From Spirochaetia bacterium (GTDB taxonomy: Bacteria > Spirochaetota > Spirochaetia > UBA9216), in contig CAXXYH010000003.1 in assembly GCA_963677925.2 (NCBI GenBank), positions 1,696,001 through 1,760,000 on the forward strand: 64,000 bases of DNA, given 5' to 3'. The notes under the pieces are model-generated. The model was not told the DNA's origin and searched no databases. It worked only from the letters and a program-made list of their open reading frames with translations. Both the position numbers and the translations under genes were made by a program. Below, piece by piece: positions 19,837 to 30,887 of the stretch. Numbering within the stretch: the first letter of the stretch is position 1; every line of letters begins with the position of its first letter.

Positions 19837-21204
19837 ATGATCGTAAGTAAAAACCTGGAAACACTTGAGAACTCACAAGTTAAACTGACAGTCACAGTTT
19901 CCAAAGATGCAGTTAAAAAGGAATATGACGAACTGCTGAAAAAATACACCAAATCAGCACATATCAAGGGGTTCAGAAAGGGAAAAGCTCCCGCAAGTGT
20001 TCTTGAACAGAAATTCGGAGATTCCATTAAAGGTGAAGCTACGATGAACCTTATGGAGAACGCTCTGAAGGAAGCCTACGAAGATGTTGAAAAGAAACCT
20101 CTTCCCTATGCTACACCGGTTCTTCAGGAAGATGAAAACGAAGAACTCCTCATCGAACTTGATAAGGACTTCACTTTCGCAGTTGTATACGACACAATGC
20201 CTGAAGTTACAGTCGGTAAATACAAGGGCCTCGAGATTGAATCTCCCGTATGCTCAGTACTGAAGAAAGATATTGACGCGGAACTTGAAACCCTCAGAGA
20301 ACAGAATTCTGTTGTTGTTGAGAAGGCAGAAGGCAGCAAGGCCGAAAAAGACGATATTGTAACCGTAAATTACTGCGAAGTAGATGAAGACGGAAACGAC
20401 ATTGAAGATACTAAAAGAGAAGATTTCGTATTTACAATCGGAACCGGATATAATCTTTACAAACTTGATGACGATGTAACCGGAATGACTACAGGCGAGG
20501 AAAAGGTTGTAGAAAAGGATTTCCCTGAAGACTACGACTACAAGGACCTGGCCGGTACAAAGAAGAAGATTAAAATCAAACTTGTTACTGTAAAAGTTAA
20601 AGACCTTCCGGATCTTGATGACGAACTTGCACAGGACATCAGTGATGAATACAAAACACTCGAAGACCTTAAAAAAGCTACAAAGAAAAAACTTCAGGAA
20701 AATGCAGACAAGAAAATTGAAGAGATTAACAAGCAGAAGCTTATCGATCTTATTCTTGAAGATTCCAAGGTTGATGTTCCCAAATCAATGCTCGATGCTG
20801 AAATTGATCAGGCATGGCAGCATTTTGTTTCACAGTCAAGAATGCCTGAAGAGCAGATCGTTCAGATTCTTGAAATGCAGGGAAAAACCAAGGAAGACAT
20901 GCGTGATGAATGGAGACCCTCTGCAGAGAAGAATGTTAAAACATACCTTATATCTGACAAACTGGTAGAAGAAGAAAAAATAGAAGTAAGTGACGAAGAA
21001 GTTGACGAAGAGATCAAAAAGCAGGGTGAAGCTGCCGGTATGAGCTTCGAAGACACAAAGAACTACTTTGACCAGAACGGCATGACCTCTTATCTTAAGG
21101 ATGAGATGAAAGGAAATAAACTCTTTGATTTACTGCTTAAGAGTGCCGAGATCAAGAAAGGAGCAAAAAAAGATTATCTGGACTTGATGCAGAATAAGGA
21201 GTAA
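19837..21204 (+). CDS. tig: Trigger factor
   Basis: IKGFRKGKAP ribosome-binding motif, FKBP-like domain, position before clpPX-lon. Confidence 0.95.
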   Translation: MIVSKNLETLENSQVKLTVTVSKDAVKKEYDELLKKYTKSAHIKGFRKGKAPASVLEQKFGDSIKGEATMNLMENALKEAYEDVEKKPLPYATPVLQEDENEELLIELDKDFTFAVVYDTMPEVTVGKYKGLEIESPVCSVLKKDIDAELETLREQNSVVVEKAEGSKAEKDDIVTVNYCEVDEDGNDIEDTKREDFVFTIGTGYNLYKLDDDVTGMTTGEEKVVEKDFPEDYDYKDLAGTKKKIKIKLVTVKVKDLPDLDDELAQDISDEYKTLEDLKKATKKKLQENADKKIEEINKQKLIDLILEDSKVDVPKSMLDAEIDQAWQHFVSQSRMPEEQIVQILEMQGKTKEDMRDEWRPSAEKNVKTYLISDKLVEEEKIEVSDEEVDEEIKKQGEAAGMSFEDTKNYFDQNGMTSYLKDEMKGNKLFDLLLKSAEIKKGAKKDYLDLMQNKE

Positions 21205-21213
21205 ATTAACAGC

Positions 21214-21825
21214 ATGAACGAACAAATGAACAGCCTTGTCCCTGTCGTAATTGAACAGACAGGAGTAGGAGAAAGATCCTACGACATTTATTCACGTCTG
21301 CTGAAAGACCGAATTATTTTCATTGATGGAGAAATCAATGACCTGACTGCCGACTTAGTGGTAGCTCAGCTTCTTTTCCTTGAATCACAGGATCCCGAAA
21401 GGGATATAAGCATCTATATTAACAGTCCCGGCGGCTCAGTAACCGCGGGACTGGCTATCTACGACACAATTCAGCACATAAAAACAGATGTACAGACAAT
21501 TTGCCTTGGACAGGCAGCTTCCATGGGAGCACTGCTGCTCACATGCGGAAGCCCGGGAAAAAGATTTTCCCTGCCCTCTTCAAGAGTACTGATTCACCAG
21601 CCCTGGGGCGGTGTTCAGGGTCAGGCCACCGACATTGGTATCCAGGCCAAGGAAATTGTAAGACTCAAAAAACTTACAATCGATTATTTTGCAAGCCACA
21701 CAGGCAAAGATGCTGCCGTTATAGCAAAAGATCTCGAACGGGATTTCTTCATGTCCGCACATGAGGCTGTTGAGTACGGAATCGTAGATAAAGTACTTGA
21801 GAGAGGTGAAAATGGCACGAAATAA
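21214..21825 (+). CDS. clpP: ATP-dependent Clp protease proteolytic subunit
   Basis: [34 protein letters not shown]. Confidence 0.97.
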   Translation: MNEQMNSLVPVVIEQTGVGERSYDIYSRLLKDRIIFIDGEINDLTADLVVAQLLFLESQDPERDISIYINSPGGSVTAGLAIYDTIQHIKTDVQTICLGQAASMGALLLTCGSPGKRFSLPSSRVLIHQPWGGVQGQATDIGIQAKEIVRLKKLTIDYFASHTGKDAAVIAKDLERDFFMSAHEAVEYGIVDKVLERGENGTK

Positions 21826-23056
21826 AACAGACAGCAATAATAAAGTCTGTTCATTCTGCGGCAAAAGCTCGGATGCAGCCAGACGTCTTATTGCAGGACC
21901 GGGTGTATTCATCTGTGACGACTGCGTATACGTCTGTAAGAAAATCCTTGAAGAGGAAGAAGACATCCTCACAGGAGAATACCTGGACGAGGTACCCAAG
22001 CCGCAGGAAATCAAGGAATATCTTGACGAATACATCATAGGCCAGGATTCAGCCAAAAAGGTTCTGTCTGTAGCCGTTTACAACCATTACAAGCGAATTA
22101 CCCAGAACGTTAAACTTGATAAAGATGTTGAGCTTGAAAAGGCCAATGTCCTTCTTATTGGTCCTACAGGAACAGGTAAAACCCTGCTCGCCAAAACTCT
22201 TGCAAAAAAGCTCAAAGTACCCTTTGCAATAGCTGATGCAACTACTCTGACAGAGGCCGGCTATGTTGGTGAAGATGTTGAAAACATACTTCTCAAACTT
22301 ATCCAGAATGCAGGCAATAATATTGCCGCTGCTGAAAAGGGCATCATCTATATTGATGAAATTGACAAGATTTCAAGAAAAGGCGAAAACGTATCAATCA
22401 CAAGAGACGTTTCAGGTGAAGGTGTACAGCAGGCTCTTCTCAAGATAATTGAAGGAACCTCTGCTTCTGTACCTCCTCAGGGCGGAAGAAAGCACCCTAA
22501 TCAGGAAATGCTTAAAATTGATACAAAGAACATCCTTTTTATCTGCGGCGGGGCTTTTGTAGGCCTTGATAAGGTTATTGAAACCAGAATCAGCCAGCAT
22601 CCTATGGGTTTCGGTGCAGATGTACGCCCCAGCGGAAATAAAGATCTTGTAAAGCTTTTTGAAAACCTTCTTCCGGACGACCTTATTAAATTCGGACTCA
22701 TTCCAGAGTTTATCGGAAGGCTTCCTATTAATGTAACTCTCTCCAATCTTGAAGTTGACAGCCTCAAAAAGATTATCACAGAACCGAAGAACTCAATCAT
22801 TCGCCAGTATAAAGCCCTCCTTGAGCTTGATGATGTTGAACTTGATTTTGAAGATTCTGCAATAGAAGCAATCGCCGAGCTGGCTGTAAACCGGAAAACC
22901 GGGGCCAGAGGCCTTCGTGCAATAGTAGAAACCATAATGATGGATATTATGTACGATATTCCTTCTATCGAAGGCGAAAAGAAAGTCCGCGTTACAGCAG
23001 ACGTAGTGAACAACAAAGAAAAACCGGAGATTATATTTTCTAAAAAATCAGCATGA
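21812..23056 (+). CDS. clpX: ATP-dependent Clp protease ATP-binding subunit
   Basis: CSFCGK/ICDDC zinc finger, [20 protein letters not shown]; ATG 21812 after GAGGTG. Confidence 0.97.
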   Translation: MARNKTDSNNKVCSFCGKSSDAARRLIAGPGVFICDDCVYVCKKILEEEEDILTGEYLDEVPKPQEIKEYLDEYIIGQDSAKKVLSVAVYNHYKRITQNVKLDKDVELEKANVLLIGPTGTGKTLLAKTLAKKLKVPFAIADATTLTEAGYVGEDVENILLKLIQNAGNNIAAAEKGIIYIDEIDKISRKGENVSITRDVSGEGVQQALLKIIEGTSASVPPQGGRKHPNQEMLKIDTKNILFICGGAFVGLDKVIETRISQHPMGFGADVRPSGNKDLVKLFENLLPDDLIKFGLIPEFIGRLPINVTLSNLEVDSLKKIITEPKNSIIRQYKALLELDDVELDFEDSAIEAIAELAVNRKTGARGLRAIVETIMMDIMYDIPSIEGEKKVRVTADVVNNKEKPEIIFSKKSA

Positions 23057-25398
23057 AGATACTACCATCAGGATCAAAAACCGAAAAACAGGACTTGCCC
23101 TTAGTAGCCCTGAAGGACCTGGTGGTTCTTCCTTTCATGGTTACACCCTTTTTTACCAGCCGTCAGACAACCATTAATGCAATAAACGCCGCCATGGCTT
23201 CTGATCGGATGGTATTCATTTCATGTCAGTCAAATGACGCTGAAGACCCCGAAATCAACGATATTCACCCTACAGGTACTACCGCTAAGATTCTTCAGGT
23301 TCTAAAACTTCCGGACGGGACTGTCCGTGTACTAGTAGAGGGTAAGCAGAGGGCCGTTGTCAGAAAACTAAGGCATGAACGAAACTTTTCTTTTGTAAAC
23401 GTTAACCTTATAAGGCTGCATACGGCGACTCCGGAGCACCTTGTTCCCTCAATGGCTGCCGTACTTAAGGCATTCACTAAATACGCATCCATAAAAAAGA
23501 ATTTCCCGAAAGATTCAGTCACCGCAGCAGAAAAGGCTGAATATCCGGATAAGCTTGTTGATGTTATACTTGCAGCCCTGCCTGTTAAAAAAGAATTGAA
23601 GCTCGAAATCCTGTCGATAGTGGATTCCAACGAGAGGCTTGATTCTCTTTCTGTTTTAATCGAGGCCGAAATCGAGATGCTCAACCTTCAGAATAAAATC
23701 TCCACCCGGGTCCGTCAGAAGATGGAAAAAAACCAGCGTGAATACTTTCTGAATGAGCAGATTAAGGAAATAAACAAGGAACTTGGCAAAGAAAAGGACG
23801 AGGGCCAGGAGATCAACGAGTTCGTTGAGAAGATCGAAGCAAAGAAAGCCCCCTCCGAGGTAATTGAAAAAGCCAAAAAAGAGGGTGCCCGACTGTCGAG
23901 GCTTCAGCCGATGAGCCCGGAGTCCGGAGTCCTAAGAACCTACCTCGAATGGCTGTCAGATCTGCCATGGGGACTTAAAACCCTGGACAACAAGAACCTC
24001 ATCGAAGCCGCCAGAGTCCTCGATGAAGATCATTACAACATGAAAAAACCCAAGGACAGAATCCTTGACTATATAGCCGTAAGGCAGCTTAAAGAGAAGA
24101 TGAAGGGGCCGATACTCTGCTTTGTAGGGCCTCCCGGTACCGGTAAGACCTCTCTAGGTAAATCCGTGGCAAGAGCTCTTAACCGTGAGTTTGTAAGAAT
24201 TTCTCTGGGCGGGGTACGTGACGAAGCGGAAATACGCGGACACCGGAAAACCTACGTCGGAGCGCTGCCCGGCAAGATCATACAGTCAATCAAAAAAGCC
24301 GGCAGTTCAAACCCCGTATTTCTTCTTGATGAAATAGACAAGATGAGCTCCGATTTCAAGGGGGACCCGGCATCAGCTCTGCTTGAGGTTCTGGATCCGG
24401 AGCAGAACAGCACCTTTGTCGACCACTACCTTGAAGTGCCCTATGATCTTTCAGGTATTATGTTTATTACAACTGCAAACTCGATTCACAACATCCCCTA
24501 CCCTCTTCGGGACAGGATGGAAATTATAGAGATTCCCGGTTATACCGATTTCGAAAAAACTACCATTGCAACCGATTTTATAATCCCTAAGCAGAAAGAA
24601 GAGAACGGACTTGCTGAAACAAGCATAGATTTCCAGAAATCCGCTCTTCTTAAGATTATACGAAATTACACTATGGAATCCGGTGTTCGAAGTCTCGAAA
24701 GACAGATTGCCACAATACTTAGAAAAACAGCACGTGAAGCCCTCACAAAGGGCGAAAACCTTGACTCTGAATATAAACGCGTTATTACTTCCAAAAGCCT
24801 TAAAAAGTTCCTGGGCAAGGAACTGCATCAGGATGATCTGGTTTATACCGAGACCCGTTCAGGTCTGGCTCACGGCCTTGCATGGACTGAACTTGGAGGA
24901 ACCCTTCTTCCGATTGAAGCTGCGCTGATAGACGGTAAGGGCGAAGTCATACTGACTGGCAGCCTCGGAGATGTGATGAAGGAGAGTGCCAGAACTGCAT
25001 TGTCTTTCATCCGTGCCAACCACGGACTTTTCGATCTTGATGACGGCTTTTTCAAGGATAAGGGCATGCATATCCATGTTCCCGAAGGAGCCATCCCCAA
25101 GGACGGGCCCTCGGCCGGAATCACCCTGCTTGCAGCACTTCTTTCACTGTTCAAGGATAAACCGGTGAACAAGGGAATAGCGATGACCGGAGAGATTACG
25201 CTCACAGGCCGGATTCTACCCATCGGCGGACTCAAGGAAAAAACACTTGCAGCCTACCGGAACAAGATGACAGATGTCATTATTCCGGAAGGAAACCGCA
25301 AGGATACCGATGAGCTGCCGAATGAAGTGACATCAGCTCTGACCTTTCACTTTGTAAAAACAGCAGAAGAAGCATATCCAATACTCTTTGGCGAGTGA
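23053..25398 (+). CDS. lon: Lon protease (endopeptidase La)
   Basis: Lon N domain, [34 protein letters not shown]. Confidence 0.97.
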   Translation: MKILPSGSKTEKQDLPLVALKDLVVLPFMVTPFFTSRQTTINAINAAMASDRMVFISCQSNDAEDPEINDIHPTGTTAKILQVLKLPDGTVRVLVEGKQRAVVRKLRHERNFSFVNVNLIRLHTATPEHLVPSMAAVLKAFTKYASIKKNFPKDSVTAAEKAEYPDKLVDVILAALPVKKELKLEILSIVDSNERLDSLSVLIEAEIEMLNLQNKISTRVRQKMEKNQREYFLNEQIKEINKELGKEKDEGQEINEFVEKIEAKKAPSEVIEKAKKEGARLSRLQPMSPESGVLRTYLEWLSDLPWGLKTLDNKNLIEAARVLDEDHYNMKKPKDRILDYIAVRQLKEKMKGPILCFVGPPGTGKTSLGKSVARALNREFVRISLGGVRDEAEIRGHRKTYVGALPGKIIQSIKKAGSSNPVFLLDEIDKMSSDFKGDPASALLEVLDPEQNSTFVDHYLEVPYDLSGIMFITTANSIHNIPYPLRDRMEIIEIPGYTDFEKTTIATDFIIPKQKEENGLAETSIDFQKSALLKIIRNYTMESGVRSLERQIATILRKTAREALTKGENLDSEYKRVITSKSLKKFLGKELHQDDLVYTETRSGLAHGLAWTELGGTLLPIEAALIDGKGEVILTGSLGDVMKESARTALSFIRANHGLFDLDDGFFKDKGMHIHVPEGAIPKDGPSAGITLLAALLSLFKDKPVNKGIAMTGEITLTGRILPIGGLKEKTLAAYRNKMTDVIIPEGNRKDTDELPNEVTSALTFHFVKTAEEAYPILFGE

Positions 25399-25415
25399 TT
25401 CCTTAATTAAGTTAT

Positions 25416-25444
25416 AGCCGTTGAGTGTGATTACCGGCGGCTTT
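25416..25444. terminator. Hairpin between convergent lon and MFS genes
   Basis: AGCCGTTG...CGGCGGCT stem. Confidence 0.45.
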
Positions 25445-25454
25445 ACACTAAACT

Positions 25455-26666
25455 CTAAGCTTTTGTCTTTCCTGCCAGTCTTTTAACAGCCTCTGAACAG
25501 AATGCTGTTAAAAGCATACAGCCGGCAAGCATAAATGGATACAGCCCCATCGATACATTCTTGAGAAGTATTCCAAAGAGCGGTGGAAAGACCGCACAAC
25601 CGGCATAGGCCGAGGCCATCTGAAAGCCTATTATATACTGTGAATTCTGTTTCCCGAAACGTGCGGGAGTCTCATGGATCATCGAAGGAAATATTGGAGC
25701 CATCCCAAGTCCGAAGAGAAAAAGCGGTGCTATAACCATACCGGAAGGCAGCGGAAGGGCAATCAGAGCTCCTGCTGCTGCAGAAATCAGGACTCCGGCT
25801 CTTATCATAGTAACACTGCTGACTCTTAAAGACACAAAACCTGACAGAAAACGTCCCGCCATTATTCCGCTGTAATACATTGAAACAAAAAGTGCAGCCT
25901 TCTCAACAGGCAGGCCTCTCACTCCTACAAGGTAGCTGCTGCCCCATAGTCCGGCACTGACCTCTGCTGCACAGTAGAATACAAATGTAAGAAGAGCAAA
26001 TGGAACGCCGCGAATTGAGAGCATCTGAAAAGGCTTTAAAGGACGGATCTCATCAGAAGCCCGTACTTCATCCTCATTATCCGGGTTTTCAGAATTAGAT
26101 ACGGATGTTTTCCGGGCATGCATCCGCCATAGGGGCAGGCTTATAAACAGCAGAAAAGCCAGAAACAGCTGAACTGATCCGACCTGCCTGTAACCGACTC
26201 TCCAGGAAAGCTCATGTGCAAAAGCATTTGAAATAAACAGCGGCCCGACAGTGGCGCCTACACCCCAGAAGGAATGAAGCCAGTTCATATGGTGGGCCTT
26301 AAAATGAAGGGCCACATAGTTATTAAGGGCCGTATCTACAGAGCCGGCCCCGAACCCGAGTGTAACGGATAGGACAACAAGCCAGAGGTATGAGGGAACG
26401 AATGATATACCGAGAATTGAAAGTCCGGTCATCAGGCAGCTGAAAAAAGTTACCTTGCCGGTTCCAAGCTTTTTGATTATAACACCGCTGAGCAGGCTCG
26501 ACACAACCGTTGCTATAACAATAAAAACCGATACGAAGCCGGCGTAATCAAGGGGGAGCGCCCAGTCTATGCGCATCTGAGGCCAGGAAACTCCAAAAAG
26601 AGAATCGGGCAGGCCCAGACTGATAAAGGCAAAATAAATGAGAATTAGAAGTAGTATGGTAATCAT
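25455..26666 (-). CDS. MFS transporter (fucose-permease-like)
   Basis: FISLGLPDSLFG, DTALNNYVA, MNWLHSFWGVGA; ~12 TM segments. Confidence 0.9.
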   Translation of the reverse strand: MITILLLILIYFAFISLGLPDSLFGVSWPQMRIDWALPLDYAGFVSVFIVIATVVSSLLSGVIIKKLGTGKVTFFSCLMTGLSILGISFVPSYLWLVVLSVTLGFGAGSVDTALNNYVALHFKAHHMNWLHSFWGVGATVGPLFISNAFAHELSWRVGYRQVGSVQLFLAFLLFISLPLWRMHARKTSVSNSENPDNEDEVRASDEIRPLKPFQMLSIRGVPFALLTFVFYCAAEVSAGLWGSSYLVGVRGLPVEKAALFVSMYYSGIMAGRFLSGFVSLRVSSVTMIRAGVLISAAAGALIALPLPSGMVIAPLFLFGLGMAPIFPSMIHETPARFGKQNSQYIIGFQMASAYAGCAVFPPLFGILLKNVSMGLYPFMLAGCMLLTAFCSEAVKRLAGKTKA

Positions 26667-27661
26667 ATGTTCTCCTGAAGGAGAGCATTATCAGATTTAA
26701 GACTCTCCGAATATTTTTCAAGCCCGGCAAAAATCAGGCCTGCAGCGTAACTATTTCTGAAATCCTTTTCAAAAATTATTGAAGGAAGATGCCCGCCAGG
26801 AATTACAGAGGCGGCAGATTTCCGTATACCTTCAATTATCTCATCATCAAGGAATATACCTGATATTATTATCTGCTCCGGATTTATAACGCAGTTGACA
26901 GAAACCGCAGCCTCTGCAATTTTAAATGCGATATCATCCTTTCCCGATCCCGGCAGCCATCCTATCTCACCTGCAAAATTACTTGCTCCGCGATGGATCT
27001 TTCCGCCTATGACAATACCGGCACCCGGGTTATGTCCGTCTGGATAGTAGATATATGCGAGTGAAGATGCTGCTCCGCAGCAGTTTTGGCGATAATATCC
27101 GAAAGCCGCGGCATTCACATCATTCTCGATAACAATGTCTAATGAATACTTTGAATAAAGATATTCTTCCAGATTGACATCTTCAAAATCTCTGAAATCA
27201 CAGTTTCCAATCCTGCCGTTCCAGATAACCCCCGGGATACCTACTGAAATAACCGAAACACCTGGATATTTCCTGAGCATTGAATCTGCCTTTTCCTCAA
27301 GTTCGGGAATTCCAATCCGGCCGTACTGCAGACTTCCCTGTTCTACGACCTCCCCAAGCATATCAGCGACTGCATAATTCAGAGTCAGAACGTCGGCCTC
27401 GGTTCTGGGAAAAATGGAAAGTATATACGCATGATTTCGGTTAAATTTAAAGCGTCTGGAAGGTCTTCCGCCGGTAGAATCTGCCGCATCAACCTCGACT
27501 GCCATTCCCGACTGGATTAGTTCTGCAAGAAGATTACCGCATGTTGCAACACTCAAGCCTGTTTCCCTTGAAAGGGAATTTTTGGTTCCGACATCTTTTA
27601 CTTTAAGCGCTTCAAGCAGCTTCATTTTATTAAAAACCCTTAAATCTATAGTGCTTGGCAA
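26663..27661 (-). CDS. ROK-family transcriptional regulator
   Basis: N-terminal wHTH (TGLSVAT..STGGRP), GIPG, IENDVNAAA, FAGEIG. Confidence 0.9.
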   Translation of the reverse strand: MPSTIDLRVFNKMKLLEALKVKDVGTKNSLSRETGLSVATCGNLLAELIQSGMAVEVDAADSTGGRPSRRFKFNRNHAYILSIFPRTEADVLTLNYAVADMLGEVVEQGSLQYGRIGIPELEEKADSMLRKYPGVSVISVGIPGVIWNGRIGNCDFRDFEDVNLEEYLYSKYSLDIVIENDVNAAAFGYYRQNCCGAASSLAYIYYPDGHNPGAGIVIGGKIHRGASNFAGEIGWLPGSGKDDIAFKIAEAAVSVNCVINPEQIIISGIFLDDEIIEGIRKSAASVIPGGHLPSIIFEKDFRNSYAAGLIFAGLEKYSESLKSDNALLQENI

Positions 27662-27817
27662 GAAAACACCTCACTTTCAATATATCTTATCATAAGTATT
27701 TTCTATTAACAAACATTTTTAATCAAGCACTACCCCTGTTTCAAATAATAATTTTGTACTTGATTTACCGTTATCAAAGACTATATAATTGGTTATAGAA
27801 CTCAAGGAGGCAGAGCT

Positions 27818-28219
27818 TTGAAAAAAAACATACTCGTGATCCTTATACTTCTGTGCGTTTCTACAGCAGTTTTCGCTGAAGCCACGGAATCTCCATATTA
27901 TGTAAAAAGTGTACCAATCGTTAAGGTTTATTCAGTTGAACAGGGTTACCGACTCGTTTATATGAACAGTTCAATGAAATATTCAGCCGTATATGTTCCT
28001 ATCGAGTGGTTCGGAGGCGCAGCAGCAAAGGCTGAAGTTGTATATGGCAGATCAGAATCATATCCGTACTTTTCAATCTTCTGGAAAGACGGGGCTTTCG
28101 ATCATATCAGACTCTACCTGAAGTCCGACAGAACGGACCTGACATGGGGTGATGTTGATTCAACCGATGATATTTCAGGCAAGTTTGAAGGAGTCGAATC
28201 AATCGAGCTCAAATTCTGA
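27818..28219 (+). CDS. Secreted hypothetical protein
   Basis: TTG start after AGGAGG, signal peptide ending AVFA; upstream TTGATT/TATAAT. Confidence 0.75.
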   Translation: MKKNILVILILLCVSTAVFAEATESPYYVKSVPIVKVYSVEQGYRLVYMNSSMKYSAVYVPIEWFGGAAAKAEVVYGRSESYPYFSIFWKDGAFDHIRLYLKSDRTDLTWGDVDSTDDISGKFEGVESIELKF

Positions 28220-28233
28220 CAGCAGCAGATAAC

Positions 28234-29391
28234 ATGGATTTGATAAAAATGCAGAAAGCCATCGCGGGGGAAAACCTCGACGGATGGCTTTTTTTTAACT
28301 TCAGACACCGAGATCCCGTTGCAGACCGTATACTCGGGATAAATCCGGAAACAATGAATACCAGGGCATGGTACTATCTGGTGCCTGCCTTGGGAGAACC
28401 GGTAAAGATTCTTCATGAAGTTGAACCCGATCAGTTAAAGAACCTTCCCGGAAATACGGTGATGTATATGGATCGCCAAAGGCTTATCAGCAGCCTGGGA
28501 CAATTCAGCGGACGATGGGGAGCCCAGTACTCGGAAGAGCTAAGTGCCCTTTCCTGCCTGGATTTCGGAACAGCACTGACAATACAGTCTGCCGGGATAA
28601 CCCTCGAATCATCAGCCTCTCTCATCCAGCGTTTCTGCGGCCTTATTGATAATAATCAGATTCAGATGCATGAAGAGGCTGCAGACCATCTCTACGACAT
28701 AGTTGAAAAGGTCTGGGCGCGTCTGTCGGCAGCCATAAGTACACCCGGAAAAAAGCTGTATGAACGTGATGTGCAGCAGTGGATTCTTGATGAATTTAAT
28801 CTTAGAAACCTTGAAACCGAACACCTTCCCGTAGTTGCGTGCGGAAAGGCGTCAGGAAACCCGCATTATGCGGCGGAGGACAACGAAGGCCTCATATTAA
28901 AGGATTCAGTCCTGCAGCTTGATCTATGGGCCAGGCAGAAGAAACCGGGTTCTGTTTTTGCCGACATTTCCTGGGTCGGTTTTACAGGGAAGGATATTCC
29001 GGAGGATGCAGAGAAGCTGTTCTCAACAGTGGCAGAGGCTCGTGATCGCTGCGCCGGTTTCATATCAGAGAGACTTGCTGAAGAAAGATCTGTTACCGGA
29101 GCAGAGGCTGATGAGGCAGCAAGAAGGGTACTGATTGACAGCGGGAATAAACAGTATATAAAGCACAGAACCGGCCACGGCATTGATACGGAACTTCACG
29201 GGAATGGTACAGGCCTCGACTCGGTTGAATTTCCCGACAAACGGTTTCTGCTTGAAGGCTCCTGTTTTTCTATTGAACCTGGCCTGTATCTGCCTGAATT
29301 CGGTATGCGCACCGAGATTGATGCCTATATAAACCGCGGGAGGCTGATAATATCCGGCAGAACACCCCAGAAGAGATTATTAACCATCTGA
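28234..29391 (+). CDS. M24-family metallopeptidase (Xaa-Pro aminopeptidase-like)
   Basis: NPHY, DLWA, ADISW, HRTGHGI, SIEPGLY, RTEID. Confidence 0.9.
   Translation: MDLIKMQKAIAGENLDGWLFFNFRHRDPVADRILGINPETMNTRAWYYLVPALGEPVKILHEVEPDQLKNLPGNTVMYMDRQRLISSLGQFSGRWGAQYSEELSALSCLDFGTALTIQSAGITLESSASLIQRFCGLIDNNQIQMHEEAADHLYDIVEKVWARLSAAISTPGKKLYERDVQQWILDEFNLRNLETEHLPVVACGKASGNPHYAAEDNEGLILKDSVLQLDLWARQKKPGSVFADISWVGFTGKDIPEDAEKLFSTVAEARDRCAGFISERLAEERSVTGAEADEAARRVLIDSGNKQYIKHRTGHGIDTELHGNGTGLDSVEFPDKRFLLEGSCFSIEPGLYLPEFGMRTEIDAYINRGRLIISGRTPQKRLLTI
29378..29391 (+). repeat. Left copy of 14-bp direct repeat TATTAACCATCTGA
   Basis: Identical to 36835-36848; contains the M24 gene stop codon. Confidence 0.85.
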
Positions 29392-30885
29392 ATAAACAGC
29401 TGAATATTGTTTTCTGAATTCAGAGGGCGAATATTCGGTTATTTTACGGAATACTTTACTGAAATACAGATTATCGCTGAAGCCCAGAGTATAAGCAATC
29501 TGGGCAATAGGCATATCCGGCTGATCCCGCAGCAGAGCCTTTGCCTCCTCCATCTTCATCTGAGTCAGATAATCAATAAAGGATGTACGGCAGTATTTTT
29601 TAAAAATTCGGTTCATTTTAGTCTGGGAGATATAAAAATGTCTGCAGATCTCTTCAACACTGATTTTGGAAGTTATATTCTCTTTTAAATAGGATTCAAT
29701 AAGAAGCATCAGTTCCTGGTCACTGGAGGAAATGTTACCATAATTGATTGAGAAGATTTCACATAAAAAATTCAGGTATTCCCTTGTTAAAACCTGGTAA
29801 TCTTCTGATTCATCCACTATTTTCTCAATCTGGTTTTCAATATTCAGTTCTGTAAATTGAGGGAGAATTGAATAATTCTTCTCTACCGATATGGTAATTC
29901 TGAAAAGGAATTTTTTTATAAGCAGAGCTGAAATCTTCTCTGTCTGACAGTATTCAAAAGTTTTTTTAATTAATTCGGAGAAATCATACCAGTGATGGGT
30001 TAAAAGCGCATTCTGCAGTTTCAGCTTGAATCTGCTCTGGAGCTGATTATATATTTCAGTATTATCCGAAAGATATTCCTTATCGCTGACAACTGTACAG
30101 GATTGACCAAGAACCTGATAGGAATCTTTTTCATTTTTAATTTTATTCACTACCCGTTCCAGTCTTCTGATATCACTGAATCTCTGACTGACAACGACAA
30201 CACTTGCCGGCATTTTACTCTTTAATATCTTTTCACCTATTACTCTTGATTCGTCGGATATTCTGTTTATTATTCCAAATATGATTAAAGTACATTCATT
30301 AAAGTATTGATCGAAAATCCAGCATGTCTCATTATCACCGAGAGATTTTTCAATCTCGGTTAAATTTCTGTCATTCACCGATACCGCAGGATAAATCAGA
30401 CAGCAGCAGTACTGAGAATAAGCACTGAAATAGTTTAACAAATCACTGTCCCGGGGAATAATATTTTTCATTATGCACTTTAACAGACCTGTCTGATAAT
30501 TCTTTTTTAAAAATTGAATGTGACTGGAAGCTCGCATTAAAACAGTGTGCAGCAGATTCTTTTCGACGGGTTTAAGAAGATAGTCATCTGCACTTGCTCT
30601 TAATGCATCACGTACAAGATTAAAATCCTGATAACCGCTGAGGACTATTAAAATAATATGCTTATAGATTTTTTTTATTTCTTTAATCAGGGTAATGCCG
30701 TCAATACCAGGCATTTTTATATCAGTAAAGATAATGTCAGGATTAAACTTCCCAATATTCTTAAGTGCATCACTTCCGTCAAAAGCTTCATATACTACTT
30801 CATACTCGGGGCCTATACTCCGAATGGTATCCCGCAGATCATTAATAAAAATCGGTTCATCATCTACAAGCATAATTCTAGGCAT
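29380..30885 (-). CDS. YesN-type response regulator (receiver + AraC HTH)
   Basis: LVDDE, TDIKMPGIDG, YLLKP; LGFSDNLYFSKVFRK. Confidence 0.92.
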   Translation of the reverse strand: MPRIMLVDDEPIFINDLRDTIRSIGPEYEVVYEAFDGSDALKNIGKFNPDIIFTDIKMPGIDGITLIKEIKKIYKHIILIVLSGYQDFNLVRDALRASADDYLLKPVEKNLLHTVLMRASSHIQFLKKNYQTGLLKCIMKNIIPRDSDLLNYFSAYSQYCCCLIYPAVSVNDRNLTEIEKSLGDNETCWIFDQYFNECTLIIFGIINRISDESRVIGEKILKSKMPASVVVVSQRFSDIRRLERVVNKIKNEKDSYQVLGQSCTVVSDKEYLSDNTEIYNQLQSRFKLKLQNALLTHHWYDFSELIKKTFEYCQTEKISALLIKKFLFRITISVEKNYSILPQFTELNIENQIEKIVDESEDYQVLTREYLNFLCEIFSINYGNISSSDQELMLLIESYLKENITSKISVEEICRHFYISQTKMNRIFKKYCRTSFIDYLTQMKMEEAKALLRDQPDMPIAQIAYTLGFSDNLYFSKVFRKITEYSPSEFRKQYSAVYSDG

Positions 30886-30887
30886 TC